The notes below the pieces were generated by a model. The model did no database searches. It was not told where the DNA came from and saw nothing but the letters and a program-made list of their open reading frames with translations. 32,000 nucleotides of DNA from Rotaria sordida (taxonomy: Eukaryota), in contig CAJNOT010000088.1 in assembly GCA_905251635.1 (NCBI GenBank), positions 56,086-88,085 of the forward strand. The letters run 5' to 3'. This document shows positions 10,968 to 24,424 of this stretch, piece by piece; within the stretch, counting starts at the first letter, position 1; each line of letters starts with the position of its first letter. Made by a program: the position numbers and the translations under genes.

Positions 10968-13638
10968 CGTTTTTTTGTTGTTGTCAGAAATATAAAGAAC
11001 GATATGAATACGTTTGTTGATACTGGACTTCTTTTTTATAGGAAAGTGATATAAATTTATTTGAATAGGAATTATCTTTGTATAAAAATGAAACAATGAT
11101 GATATTATCAGAGAAAAAAAATAGCATTGAGAACAATATTAACTTTCATCCTATGATCTTTTGGTAAATAATATATGAAACTAGAAGGACAAAAACTATG
11201 ATAGAAGAAAGATAATTGTCAATAAAATAAGCTTCAAAATAATGCCTGATAACCTTGAAAATGATATCAAATTGTTTTCGGTTTCATTTTTGATTGAATT
11301 TTTCACGTCATATGATCAGTCGAACAAATATCTGTTATTTATAGTTTTTTACGTACAAAATAAGAAATACTTTTTCAATATATTCATTATTGAAAATATA
11401 TTTCAATAAAATGAATACCTTCGAAATTAACTATGCTGTATGCAAGTGCTCTGAATACATAGAAACATCGATATTATTTTTCATCTTTAGTTTTCATATT
11501 CCGTAATCGAACTAGATAATTGATACGAATTCATTCATGATTTTAGAAGAAATGTTATAGTTGTATGATTTGAAAAATGATTTCTCGCTAGAATGTGTCG
11601 TATTCACACTCTTTATGAGTTATCTTTCTGCTCTGATTGTCTCTATCAGTTGTAAGATTCATAGATAAAAATATGCAATTAGTAGCTATGAAAATAATTT
11701 TAATTCAGTTGATATACTTAACCGAGGTCAATCATTATGTATCACTGTCAATTACCGTAAATGACTGTTTTTTATACCGTCTGATATTACTGACCGTATT
11801 CTTCGACCATAGAAGGTAATCAAAAAGTTCGTGCACTTTCGAATATTTATTGGTAGAAGAAACATTTTGCTAATCTGTTTACAGTAAATGTTCAATACAA
11901 AGTTTCATCCTTTGAATCAATTTCTAGAATTCGTGAATAGACATTGAATGAAGCTCGTTAGTTATTGCTTTAGCCAAACTTTCTTTTCGTCTTGAAGATA
12001 ACTGAAAATACTACCACTTATATGCAGTCTTGCATTATCACAATACAATCTAATGCAATTTGTTATTGTCGTTCTTTTACTATCCATGCTTTAGATTGTT
12101 CTTTTAATTTAATTTTTCGATAACTTTCCAAGTTTCGTCTTCCGTGACTATATCACATAGTCTTCAGGTACCACTTTCAAATTTGTGTGAATTTAATTAA
12201 AATGTGAACTTTGAAAAAAAATTGCTTTCGATTTCAAACTGAAATGGAATCTTTAGATATATGTAGATAAATACTCTCTTTTTTATAACAATGGATGTCT
12301 TCCAGGTCTACCAAATCCAAATTTTATAGATCAGGATTTGATTAGGAGATTTTTTCTAAACAAACAGGAGAAAAATCAGAAGTTTTTTTTCTCCAAAGAT
12401 CAACCGATAACAAGTAGATTTTTTCATAAAATCCAGTGAAAAACACGAACATTCTTGTAACTTAAGCAAAAAAAAAAGAAAATATCAGATAGGTCTCACG
12501 CAGGAAAGCAAAGTGGTCACTTTTATCAACTTTTGTGACCTGTCTTAATCAAGTAAGTCGGGAGACTAATTATTGTATGTACCAAATGAAGAAAAGAGAA
12601 ACGTAACCAGGTGTATGTCTTAAAACTCTCGAATAAATCTATCTATTTCGATCGTAATATAGTAGCGAAAAAATGGTTTCGGTCACCAGAAAAATTAAAA
12701 GAAGACGGATCAAAAGAATGCTGAAAACTGTAGAACTGAACGGTTTCATGATTTTTTTTAGGATGTTTTTAACTTCGAATGGAGAGCTACTTTTGCTAGA
12801 AAACCGTTGATTTCTTGACCGATAACGATCGAAATACAGTCTAAATATAATCAAATCGAGTGAATGCATATGATGTCAGACTTTTTAGTGCTCTATCTAC
12901 TATACTAGAATAGTCATCGAAGAATACTCAAAATTTCTTCTTTTGGGTGATTTATTTTGGTATTTATTACATTCGAAATTTTCACTTTTCCGATCTTTTT
13001 AGAATTGTCTTTTGAAACTGTTGGATATCTCTATAATCAAGTATATTTTTTATTGTGCTGATATTCTCACATCTGTTCATTTACTCAGGAGACGAAAGTA
13101 AAGCTAAGTATTTTATAAGGATATAACAAAAACCGAAACGAAAAAAAAAAGACAATTCGAAAATGGAGCGTAAACTTTCTAGAATTTTCAGTTTACATAT
13201 GATACATTAGAATATTAAGATTTAAAGATATATATGAGTTCCACATTTCAGCTCCAAAGGAGCCGCGCTAACAAGCTTTTTTTCAAATCTCTTCACTGAG
13301 CAGTCATGCAATCCAGAATAATAAAGTATAAAATAAAAACAATTTAGAAACTTAGTTTCAATTGATCAAAAAAAAAGAAATCTAGTCACTCCATTAAAGA
13401 TCAGTGATAGTTATTAAATGCAACATTTTCGAAAGTAATTAATTATTCTTGTCTCAATAAAATATCTATTTTATGTTTTTTGAATGAAGAATAAAAAATA
13501 CATCATTCAATAAAATTCATAAACTCAATAGATTTATTTCAGATAACAATCAAAAAGTACAGACAAGAAGCAGGGTTAAACATATAACTATATAATATAC
13601 ATGAAAGAAATTCTTTTATTAAAGAAAACAGCTAGTTA

Positions 13639-13938
13639 TTATAGTGCACCAGATGATGTACTCCATGGTTGACTGGCTCCTCCTTGTCCTTCTCCTGCTC
13701 CACCCATACCTTGACCAGTTGCTGTACTGTCGTCAGACTTTTGTCGTTGATTCGATGCTGGACTTATGCTGCTCATACCGGCAAAATTAGAATCACCCAA
13801 GACTGAACTACCTTCTGGTTCAGCTGTCGAAGCTGATCCTAATTGACCTGATGTGCCTGTTGAACGATCAGCACCAACAGAACTAATTCGTGTAGAATCT
13901 GTACTCCTTGCACCTTTTTCAGCTTGTTGTGATGTCAT
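13639..13938 (-). CDS. Small (99 aa) hydrophilic Ser/Gly/Thr-rich, probably disordered protein
   Basis: MTSQQAEKGARSTDSTRISSVGADRSTGTSGQLGSASTAEPEGSSVLGDSNFAGMSSISPASNQRQKSDDSTATGQGMGGAGEGQGGASQPWSTSSGAL*. The region is more GC-rich than its flanks and its composition is biased, but no family is recognised. The longer 131-aa version begins at 14034. Confidence 0.55.
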   Translation of the reverse strand: MTSQQAEKGARSTDSTRISSVGADRSTGTSGQLGSASTAEPEGSSVLGDSNFAGMSSISPASNQRQKSDDSTATGQGMGGAGEGQGGASQPWSTSSGAL

Positions 13939-16900
13939 CTTTTTTTGTAGTTTGTAGTTGTATGTTGAAGAAAAATAATCGAATGATTTTTGTTGTGTTT
14001 CTTTCTTTCTAATGTTTAGATGGCTATGACTCATTTATTTTGCGTATTTTCTGTTTACTTCACATTATAACTAGTCGTAACTAGGAAAAATTGGACCGCA
14101 TGTTGAAGGAAAAGAGAAAAAAAACACCAGATTGTTCTACCATATCTCATTCTATATAACTGAGGTCAATGAGGATATTTCGTTTGTTCTTAGCGTAATT
14201 CTTTAGTATTCTCATAAAGGAATTCGAATTTAGCTTCGTTTTTCAATCGCCATTTTTGCTCTTTTATAAATGACTAAATAATATCTATATACACATAAAT
14301 ATTTCTAATTATTCAAACTTATCGATGGCATCTTTAATATAAAAAAAATTTGCTCGAAGTTAATTCTAATCCTGATCGTTTTCATTTCTTTTTCTGTAGA
14401 ATGAACAAAAATTTACTATACCTCAAGATGTTTAGTTCTATAGAAAATACCATTCTTTGATATTAAACAAAACAAAGATCACCGCTTTGAATCGCCAACA
14501 GTACCAATTAACTGCTAAGATATATCTGTTAAATATTCCCTAGAGAATTTCTGCTTTTAATAAAGAAATCAGAAATGTATAATAAAATAGACCAGTATTT
14601 TAGTTTAAAGTTGGTCATGTAAAAATAATAACAGCTATATTCTTTCAGGATTATGTTGAATACACCATTGAACAATCGAAGTTGAGCGAATGGTAGTCAT
14701 ATTGGTGACAAATTCAGAAGATTGAAAACTACTCATTCATTCAACTGTACCAGTCAAAAAAATACCAAAAAAGGACAGAATTTCTTAAATAGCAACTCTG
14801 TTGACATTTCAAATATGCTATAGAATTCTCTATGGCTGTTTTAATCTGTTGATGTATTTTTCAAAATTTCTTAAATAAAAAATTTGAAAATACTGTAAAA
14901 AGAATGTTTCCTGATAATACAGTCTTTTGCTTCTGAACAACAGTACTAGGAACCTTGAAAACATAACGTATAAAATTCTGTATCTATTGATGTTAAATTT
15001 TTTATTTTTAGCATCGGACTTGATGAACATTGACTGACATAAATCTAAAGATGTCTTCAGAAAGTAGGAGATCTCAGTTGGTCGGTTGAATAGGTTTCAA
15101 ACTTTTTGGTCGAGAAAAAACACAATAAATACTTTTGTACAGCAGAAAATTCCCTATCGCATAGTCATTATAAAAACAAATTCTATCAATTATATCTTGA
15201 GCCGTTCAAAAAAAATCGAAATTAAAATGTTTCATTCTTTATAGGCCATAGTTATTTCCGATTGAAAATTATTCACTTATAACATAAAGATTAAACTCTT
15301 ATGAAAAAAATCAGAATGTATCACAAGTAATTTTGTCATTAGAAATAATCGAGAACTTCTTTTGATAAAAAACATCAAAATTTTCTCTTCATCTATGTTC
15401 TTATTTTGATTTTATTTCTTTCATAAAATCAAATATAAAGTACAAACTATAATACTCATTCTTCATACATTCATGGTCATTTTACTCGAAATATGTTTAC
15501 TCAATTGATCTCTACATTATAAAACTGGAATGAGAAAGAAAAAAAAAAGATCACTTTTTTCTATCGATACAACTAACAATAACATGTCTCGTTATTGTAT
15601 GGTTTTATTTTATTAGAAGGACATCAATTTTAAACAAAAAAAAAAAATTTTAGAATCCTATTGGCAACAAATCAATGATTAGAAGGATATGGGTGCAACA
15701 AAGACTCAGAATCAGATACACATCCTCTCTTCTACCAAATAATCAATGAAAAGTAAATTTGCGGACAGTAAATCATGTAAACTATTTATAACTTTATTCC
15801 TGATCATAAAACACATTCAAAGGTTCATCGATATAATCGAAAATATAAATCAATAAAAAAAATGCAAGCGTGATATCAATTCATTTATATTAGAAGCAGT
15901 TCGAGGTCATTTAAAAGTACTATTATCGGAGAATTCTATGTCTACAAAATGCTCAATAAAGATGTGTTTAGGACAGTCGCTCGCAAAGACACTTGCTCAC
16001 ATGAGTGCGAATGAAGAGAACACCCAGACCAGTACCAACAACTATCATACCCGTAACGGAACAGCGAGATCTTCCAAACCTGAGCCTGCTTCCACAAAAA
16101 CTTGGACCATTGCTCTCTAATACCTACACTCACATCCTCGAGCAACTGTCCGTCTTCCATTCATTAAATGGCTTCCTTCGACTAACATTTCAATCTAACC
16201 ATAAAGATTAAAATGAACAAAATACGAATATGAATTATCTTCCACTTCAATAATTTAAACAAAATCCATATCTTTGTTTTTCTATGCTTAACTAACTCGT
16301 CATATTCAATAAATCTTACCATTGATACTTGGATACCAACAAGCGAAATAGACAAAAAGAAAAAATAAACACTATGAAACTAGAATTCTCGTTTCTATCT
16401 GTTGATGGAAATCATCACCTTTTTTTTGCTAAAAATATAATAGATGCTTTATGATAATGTAACATTTTCTTACTGAATAAATTCAAATTTTTAAAAAATC
16501 TACAAAATAAAACTTCACTCTATTCAATAGAAAGATTTTTCTTTGAATTCTTTACTTACGATATCGTGTTTTCTGAGCAAAAAAAATGGAGTTTTCGACT
16601 TTAATTAAACCTAGTACATCGTTGCCATGGCATCTTTTATCCAAAATCAACAAATTTACTTTATATACTACTTAATTCTCAATGAGAAAAAAAAAAGTTC
16701 TTTTTTTTTCACAATTCATTTATACAATGTTTAAATCTTGATTTTATTTCATAAAGACAACAATAATCCAAATGACAGAATTGTTCGTGACACTTATTTA
16801 AAATCTACAGTTCATTCACATCAGTTTTTTTCCTCTTCTTTTGTTAACGAAATGAAAAAGTTCGGTGTAGAAAAATAAAAAAAAAATAAAATCAATAGAA

Positions 16901-17020
16901 ATATTTTTATTTAGTCTTTCATTAAATAAATAATTGGCTATTTTTTTTTCTTCTTTAGCGACACAAGACTTTCATCATTTGCACATATAGACACCAAACT
17001 TTCTATCATCGATTTAACGA

Positions 17021-17534
17021 ATGACTGCTGTAATCCTTTTAAAAATTTTAATCATTGCTATACTCTTATTTATCTTCTATGTTAAATTAGGTATAAAAAT
17101 TTTTTTATAAATATACAAAAGATAAAACTTGATTAAATTTAGTTTCGACTCAATTACTTTGTTGGAAATGTGATCCATGTCCCGAGCCTCATGATAATAG
17201 ATCATCATTAGTCTCAGCTGTTACTTGTACATCATCACAAACCATTTGTGTGGTAAAATTATTAATTATAAATTTAAAAACAAAAATTTATTTTTCATAG
17301 AAAAATACAATTCGTGTACTCAATCGAGCTGCTCAAATCTCTAAAGGGTGTGTACAAAGTTGTACACCAAGTTCTTCACATTCTTTTGGTCAAGGTGCAT
17401 TTGTTGATTGTTGTAATACAAATTATTGTAATTTATCGACACGAAATCAATTATCATTAATAATTTATATATTTTTTATTCTCATATATTCTTTCGTTTT
17501 TCTATCATCATCAACAATTGGATTTGTATCTTAA
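17021..17534 (+). CDS. Ly6/uPAR-type three-finger protein, likely GPI-anchored, 137 aa, 3 exons
   Basis: Exons 17021-17090, 17143-17252 and 17301-17534 total 414 nt in phase. MTAVILLKILIIAILLFIFYVKL is a signal peptide. The domain is LLCWKCDPCPEPHDNRSSLVSAVTCTSSQTICVKNTIRVLNRAAQISKGCVQSCTPSSSHSFGQGAFVDCCNTNYCN, with 10 Cys in the LxCxxC...CCxxxYCN pattern. A C-terminal hydrophobic tail follows. Confidence 0.85.
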
Positions 17535-18378
17535 ATTATCAAAGAACTATTGTCAGAAGAAAAAAATACATATATTTTATTTATGTTCCTTTTTTTTCAA
17601 TGAACATTCATTGTTATTAACGATTGTATTTTATGAAATATGAAAGTACGGCATTCTGAGTGTGAAGAATACACCTATGTACGATATCGAAATAAACATG
17701 TATTCGAAGATTCAATTCATTATTAATTACTTATAGAAGAGTAAATGATATTGAACATATTACCATGTTATTTATCTAAATTTAATTTCAATTTAATACA
17801 ATTAGAAAAATATACTGTAATTTTATGATTTATCAACAAAAAAAAAAGAAAATCTGAATTCACTGCCAAGCTAGGAGAGCAATTCCATGACAGCGTTCTT
17901 TATATTATCTGCTGATCATTGAATTGTTCTTCCTTTATTGTACAGCTAATAATAGAAAATTCTTAAAAACAAAATAAAGCTTTAAATCATCGATGATATG
18001 AAAGGAAGAAAGAAGAGAGCAATCCCCATGACAATTTCTCTATTACATATGGCCCAATTATCAAGAAGAGCTCTCTCCTCTACTTTGAAAAACCTTTCAT
18101 TCAATAATAATGATTAAAAAAAAATACATACTGTATTCATATTGTTTGAATACAATTTCTATTCAATTGATAAGTAGGTGTTGAGTACATATATATATAC
18201 ACGTATATGAAGAGTAAAGAATCAATGTATAGTCAATGAAAGAAAAAAATGATATTAACGGAACATTCTCTCAAATGTTTTATTCACTTGGTTCCATCTT
18301 TTTTTTTTTTATAAAACGATGTATCTATTTCACGTTATCATTTGATGAGCTTGTGTTCAATTGCGGAACGGATGATGA

Positions 18379-18395
18379 TTTATATATATATATAT
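18379..18395. repeat. (TA)n microsatellite
   Basis: tatatatatatatat run. Confidence 0.7.
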
Positions 18396-18657
18396 CAAAA
18401 AGCAAATAATACTACAATAACGCAATTGGCGAACATCAAATACGAGATGAAGAAAAACAAGAACAAAAAAAAAAAGATGCATTCGTATTCGTTTGCTCTT
18501 CTGTCTCTTTTTTTTTCGAAAGAACCTTTCGTGTTCTTCTAATTTACTCCTCCTCACAACACATACTGACATTTTGAAACTAAGCGAACAATAACAACAT
18601 ACACATACATATACATCTTGTTGTTGATGATTAATGAAATCTATCAATAGCAAGCGA

Positions 18658-18702
18658 ATGAATGAGTGAGTGAGTGAGAGAGAGAGAGAGAGAGAGAAAT
18701 AG
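18658..18702. repeat. Compound (GAAT)/(GAGT)/(GA)n microsatellite
   Basis: gaatgaatgagtgagtgagtgagagagagagagagagagagaaat. Confidence 0.85.
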
Positions 18703-19094
18703 AGAAGCTTTTCATGGATGATGCCATTTCCAATTTGATGCCGTTTGAACTTTATATGTTGGACGCATACACATATAGATCATGAAGTCTAGCGAGAAGA
18801 GCTAATTGAAATCGTATGATACCTACGATAACATGATTCGTTCGTTGTTGCTTCTTTTTTTTTCTTCATCATTTTTTATACCTCTATCATCATTGCGATA
18901 AAATGAAAACGAACACTTCTATTCCTTTCATTTCTTCAGCTGTTCGATTACATCAATAATAACGAGAAACAAAAAGAAATTTAGTTCGTCAAATACTTGA
19001 TAGTTCGTGCTTTTATATTTTTATATCATTCGGAGGACATAACTTTATTCGAAAAAAAAAAAAAAAAGAGATAAAAGAAAAGAATAACAACTCT

Positions 19095-22000
19095 CTAATA
19101 TTTGTTTAAACAAACTAATAAGTTTGATTTCCATTTAGGATCAATTGTTAACATAGGTTCAGGTTTATAAACTTTCATTTTATTAAAATATCCTTTTCGA
19201 TATTCATTTTCATCATGTAAAATTAATTGTAACCAAATTATATCCGAATATTTATCTATTAATAATATTAATTGTTCATATGCATTTAAAGCTAATTCTT
19301 CAATTTGTAAATATTGAAAAAGTATTAAAATAATTTTTTCAATATCATTTATATTTATTGTTATTGCATTTATAATTGTTCCTATATTTATTAATAGAAA
19401 TTTCATATAACGATATTCAAGTTTATTTGTTGATGATATTAAACGATTATTTTCAAGATGTTGTATAAGTATTGGTAATATATCTTGTCGTATACGACGA
19501 TCAACAAAATCTGAACATATATTACATAAACATTGTATTGTTGTTAAACAACGTATACGTATATTATAATCTATATCATAAAGACGATAAATAAGACCTG
19601 GCCATAATTTATGTACTAATGGTAAAAATAAATTTTCATCTATAGTTGAAAGTAAATGTGCTAATGATGGAAATGCATCCAATACATATGAACGTACATG
19701 ATTATTTGAATGTGATATAAAATGTTGAAAAACATCAACTATTGATACAAGCATTTTATGCCATGGATGTTTATCTTGTTTTTTTTCATCATTATTATCA
19801 TCATCATCATCACCATCACCATCACCATCATTGTTATTGTTATTTAATTCGTTATCTGAAGAATTTTGTGGTGCATATTGTTGTTGTAAATTAAGAGTAA
19901 AATCAGTTAAAGATTTTGTTTGTTGAGATATTAATGTTGATTTAAGTTTGGTGTTTTTATCAACTATATCAAGAACTTGTTGACAAAAAACATTTAAAAA
20001 TTGAAATGTTAATTCAATACATTCAATTGGTGGTAGACATGATAATTCAAGTAATAATTGTTCAATAACATGTGTCATTATAGGTAAATTAATAACATTA
20101 GTATTACCTAATCGAATAAATTCAATTAAAATTAAATAACCATCATATGATGATGTTTGTAATTTTTTAAGTGAACTATCAATTATATATTCAGATTGTG
20201 ATACAAGAAATGATGGTAAATTATTTGATATTGATGTTAAACATAATAATGATGTTTGATGTATAATTGTATATTTTGATGAATGACAAAGTAGAAGTAA
20301 TGGAATATAATCAATAAGATGTTCAATTTGATCAATACGAGTTATTGTACGAATACATTGAAGAAGAAAATAAATGGTTAGATTTCGATTTGATATAGGT
20401 TCTTCTAAAATTCAATAGAGAAAACAAAACAAATAGACAACATGGAGATGTTTTTAGTTTTTTGATGAATAAGAAAAGGTAAAATTTTGATAACAAAGAG
20501 TGTAGCTTGTGTCGGGATGTTTGTATAGATGTGGATGAGGATGAGGTTTCTACTACATCCACATTTGGTACTCACACTAGGGTTCAGCGGTTCAAAAAAA
20601 AAATACTGAAACCCAGAACTGAGCCAGAATCGCTTTTCCTCATTTTTAGTAACCGAAACCGTCGAACTTTAACTCATAGTCACACTCGAAAGATCTTTCA
20701 AGAATATTATGATATGATTTAACGTAAGATTTTACTGCTTGTATGTTTGTCATAGGTAATTTCAACGAAATTTTTTTAATCTGATTCTTCAGATTGCTTC
20801 GAGAGATGTGAAATAATGCATATTACACATTTCCCAGACCATCCTGATGATGATTCTATTGTAGTCATGTCAGAATTGGCTGGTACTTTTAGAGTATGAT
20901 CCGTTGAATGGGTTCCGACCTTGTTCAATAGATAATGAGTTTTATTTCAATAGTATTTTCTATTGGCATGCTCATCAATTAGACATTATAAATAGTTTTA
21001 ATATCACTATTTTCTACACTATATACACTTTAGAAAGTCTCGTAGTCATAAATAACTTTTATTAGATTCTTGATTTTTTTTCGAATAGTAAGCCATATGC
21101 TATAGGTATGTAATATTAAACTAATAAAGTTTAAAATTTATGAAGTCTGCTATGGTAAATAAATTCGAATTTAGAAGCTTCGTTATTTCATGCTAGTGGA
21201 TTTATGTTTATCTATTTTTTTACTAAAATGATTTAAGGTTTAATTCAAATACCTTGTTTCAAATGACTTTTTTTTCTTTTTTTTGTTGGTTTTTGATAAT
21301 TATCATCACAAATTAATTGACTAAGTAATGATAAAAGTACTTGATAATCTTCAAAATTATTCAAATTTTTTTCTTCAAATATAATTGAAAGAAGATAAAA
21401 TATTTTTTGATTATTTTCATTGATAATTTTCTTTTGATTAATTTGTTCAAATAAATAATCAATAAAATTTGAATGTGATGATGTAAATAATTTAATTATT
21501 TGTTCGATTTCATAATGTACATCTGATTTTAAATGTTTATAAACTGAATTATATTCATTTAAATCAAAATTTTTCGTTGTATTATTAGTATTTGATAATG
21601 AACTTTCATTAAGTAGATTAAGATTACTTCGTATTAATGTATTAAAATCAAGTGTATTTAAAATAAAACGAAATAATTTATCAGTAAATGCATCCATATC
21701 AAAAAGAAAATCAATATGACTATGAATAAATGTATAATAACCAATAAATAATTGTAAACGCCAACGACGATCAGTTAATATTGATGATGAAGATATTTGT
21801 TGTTGTTGTTGTTGTTCAAGTAATTGAAATAAATCAGCTTGGCATTCGATTAATAAATGATCGGATAGAATTATATTTGATGAATTAAGAATTTCATTTA
21901 TAAATTCAGTTTCATATGTAAGAATAGATGATTCTGATGACGATGGTTGAGATAATATGACGGGTAATGATTCGATCGGCACTAAAATAAGAAAAAACAC

Positions 22001-24406
22001 ATTGATTGTTCTATTTATATTGTCATTATGTTTATGGTAGGATAAATATTCTTTGTTTTCTATATAATACTGGCCTTTACGTTGACTGAGATTAATCTAC
22101 GACTAAGAATGTGTTGCTTTTTCAATCGAATACATCGTTTTGGAAGATTTTAAAGTTTGTCTTCAAAAATTTTAAATAATTTGAAGTGTTTTATTCAAAT
22201 TTTCTCTTCCGAAAGGTTGATTTCAAATTTCAGAAGGACGAACACCTATTTTTAGGAGTAGAGATGTATCAGGTAAGCTTTGCTTGTCCTCTGTACTGTG
22301 TTCAAAAAACATTTTCACTCTATACCGCAGGGTAGGGTAGAGAATGATTGATCTGCAAGCTGTTCTGCACATTCCTCTCATCTGGAACCTATCACGTACA
22401 GCTCTATTTGGGAGCATAGACACAGAGTACATGGTACAATAATTAATAAATTCAGACAGGACCAAGCCGATCTACAGAAGGACACCGTCTTCGGCCTGCA
22501 CGCTAGATAAAACACTGACAGATGTGCATTAAGGAGCTGCAGGTCCATGTTTTCGTGAACACAGACTCGACTGAGCCTATGCCAGAGTTCTTTTCATCAA
22601 TATCTGACATCTTCTGTGTACATGATTAAATGAAGGATTAGGATTTCAGCTACTTATCACCTCTCGTAGAAAATAACCAATCTAAAGTGGAATCGTAGCT
22701 AAAACACCGTACCTGAGTAAACAGACATTAGCTCTTCTCTATTCAGACATGAATCTTAACTTGAATCCGAATATAGATACGAATCCTATTGGATTCGAGG
22801 CTTAACCGGAACGATCCGCAGCTGAGAGGTAACAGTGGACTTCAAGACTGAAGTTCTTACTGATTTCCTCTCGCCTATAGTTCTCTAATGTGCATAGCTA
22901 AGAGTTTTCTTCATGACCTAGCTATATGTACATGTATACGTGTCCCTCTTCCTTTGTATTCTACGAACTCAAGAATTCTATGAAATTACCATTCGAAAAC
23001 GAGCAATATTGAGAAAACTGAAAATATACTTTCCCTGAAGATGATCATATGACGGCACACACACTCTCTCATGCCGTCTATGTATGTTTTGCAAATTCGC
23101 TTATCATTTCTTTCCTTAAAATCAATTGATATAATATCAATAGAGTATCTATCAGAAATGGAATCCATGCAGTTCGGTTTAAGTGTTGAAAAATCTGAAC
23201 CAATCTCATCTCTAGTATCTATTCGGAAATTTCTTCATCAAGTTAAAATCTTCTAGTATTCATAAAATTAATTCTATCCTCAACAAATATCTTTCGTAAA
23301 ATTATCATTATTAGAATGTTTAAAAATTTTAACTCACATTTAAATAATTTTTTCAATAAAACTTTCATTATTTCAATTTCCTTTTGATCTTCATTTGTTG
23401 ATGAAACAATTACAAGCATTGTTTTCAGTGCCATATTTGCCGATATTTTTAACCATAATGAACAATAACATAATATTGTTAACATAAAATTTGCAAGTGC
23501 TTGACGAACATTTAAACTTTCATGATTAACATAATCATTTGTTAATCGTTGTAAAATTGGAGCTAAATGTGTATCAACAATACTTAACCATTGTTCATTT
23601 CTTTCAACAACAATATCACGAAGTTCATCCTTCATTAAATTTGTTTCAAAATTATATTTTGATGAAAGATTAACACTTATTTGAATAATATAACTTAATA
23701 AAATAAGATTTGCATGAACAAGACGTTGATGTATTGAACCAATATCTTGTGCAAATGTTTTTAATATACCGGGTAAAAAACAAGCTAAAATTTGTCCAAT
23801 AATTAAACGAAATTCATTCTCATTTTCATTTTTATTAATATATATTAATGACCATAATGTATTAATAATATTAATACGATAATCAAGTGTATTAATTTTT
23901 TCATATAATTGAAGTAAACATGAAATATAATGTCCAATAATAGGTAAATTTTGATTAAAATTTCCTAAAAATTCTTTATAGAATAAATTTAAATTAGTTT
24001 TTATTGATAAACAAAATGAATGAAAAAATCGTATAAATAAATCTTGTTGAACTTCATCATTTGTTATCATTATACGTTTTGTTAATATAATACTAATTAT
24101 ACAAAGTAAATCATCAAGAATTTTTTTTGTTGATATCGGTATTAATTGAAATAATAATATAAATTCTTCAAGAAGTTTATCAAATGTTGATGGATTTTGA
24201 AAACGATTAAATTGTCGTAGAAGTAATATAGCTGGTATATATAAATTATCATCTTGAACAGTTTTTTCATCTTCAAAACGACGATAATGACATTGTTTAA
24301 TAAGAGAAAAACATAAATGAATATTATTTATTGTAGGTTGTTGTAGAACATTACGAAGAGTTGTATCAAGATTAAGAATAAGTTGAGAATTTATATTTGA
24401 TGACAT
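19095..24406 (-). CDS. TTI1: TELO2-interacting protein 1 (TTI1) homolog, about 1035 aa, 3 exons
   Basis: Exons 23338-24406, 21253-21981 and 19095-20404 total 3108 nt in phase. The C-terminal HEAT region 'LFLPLVHKLWPGLIYRLYDIDYNIRIRCLTTIQCLCNICSDFVDRRIRQDILPIL' resembles human TTI1 '[54 protein letters not shown]'. The N-terminal part contains 'IIGQILACFLPGI' and 'ELRDIVVERNEQWLSIVDTHLAPILQRL'. Confidence 0.85.
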
Positions 24407-24424
24407 TTTTAATGGGCTTTTTTT

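Noticed and set aside
15938-16211. Overlapping ORFs on both strands in a locally GC-richer patch
   Set aside because: No plausible splice extensions, signal peptide or family similarity. Overlapping ORFs on both strands suggest chance. It could be a decayed exon, but I cannot support that.
17876-18100. Near-duplicate 'gagagcaaTtCcatgacag' (17876) and 'gagagcaaTcCCcatgacaa' (18016)
   Set aside because: Only about 20 nt of similarity without extension; could be chance or local AT-rich slippage.
22223-22465. 80-aa minus-strand ORF in TTI1 intron 1 and neighbouring small ORFs (22986-23256)
   Set aside because: The TTI1 protein splices cleanly across 21982-23337 without it. No domain is recognisable and the ORF is probably incidental.
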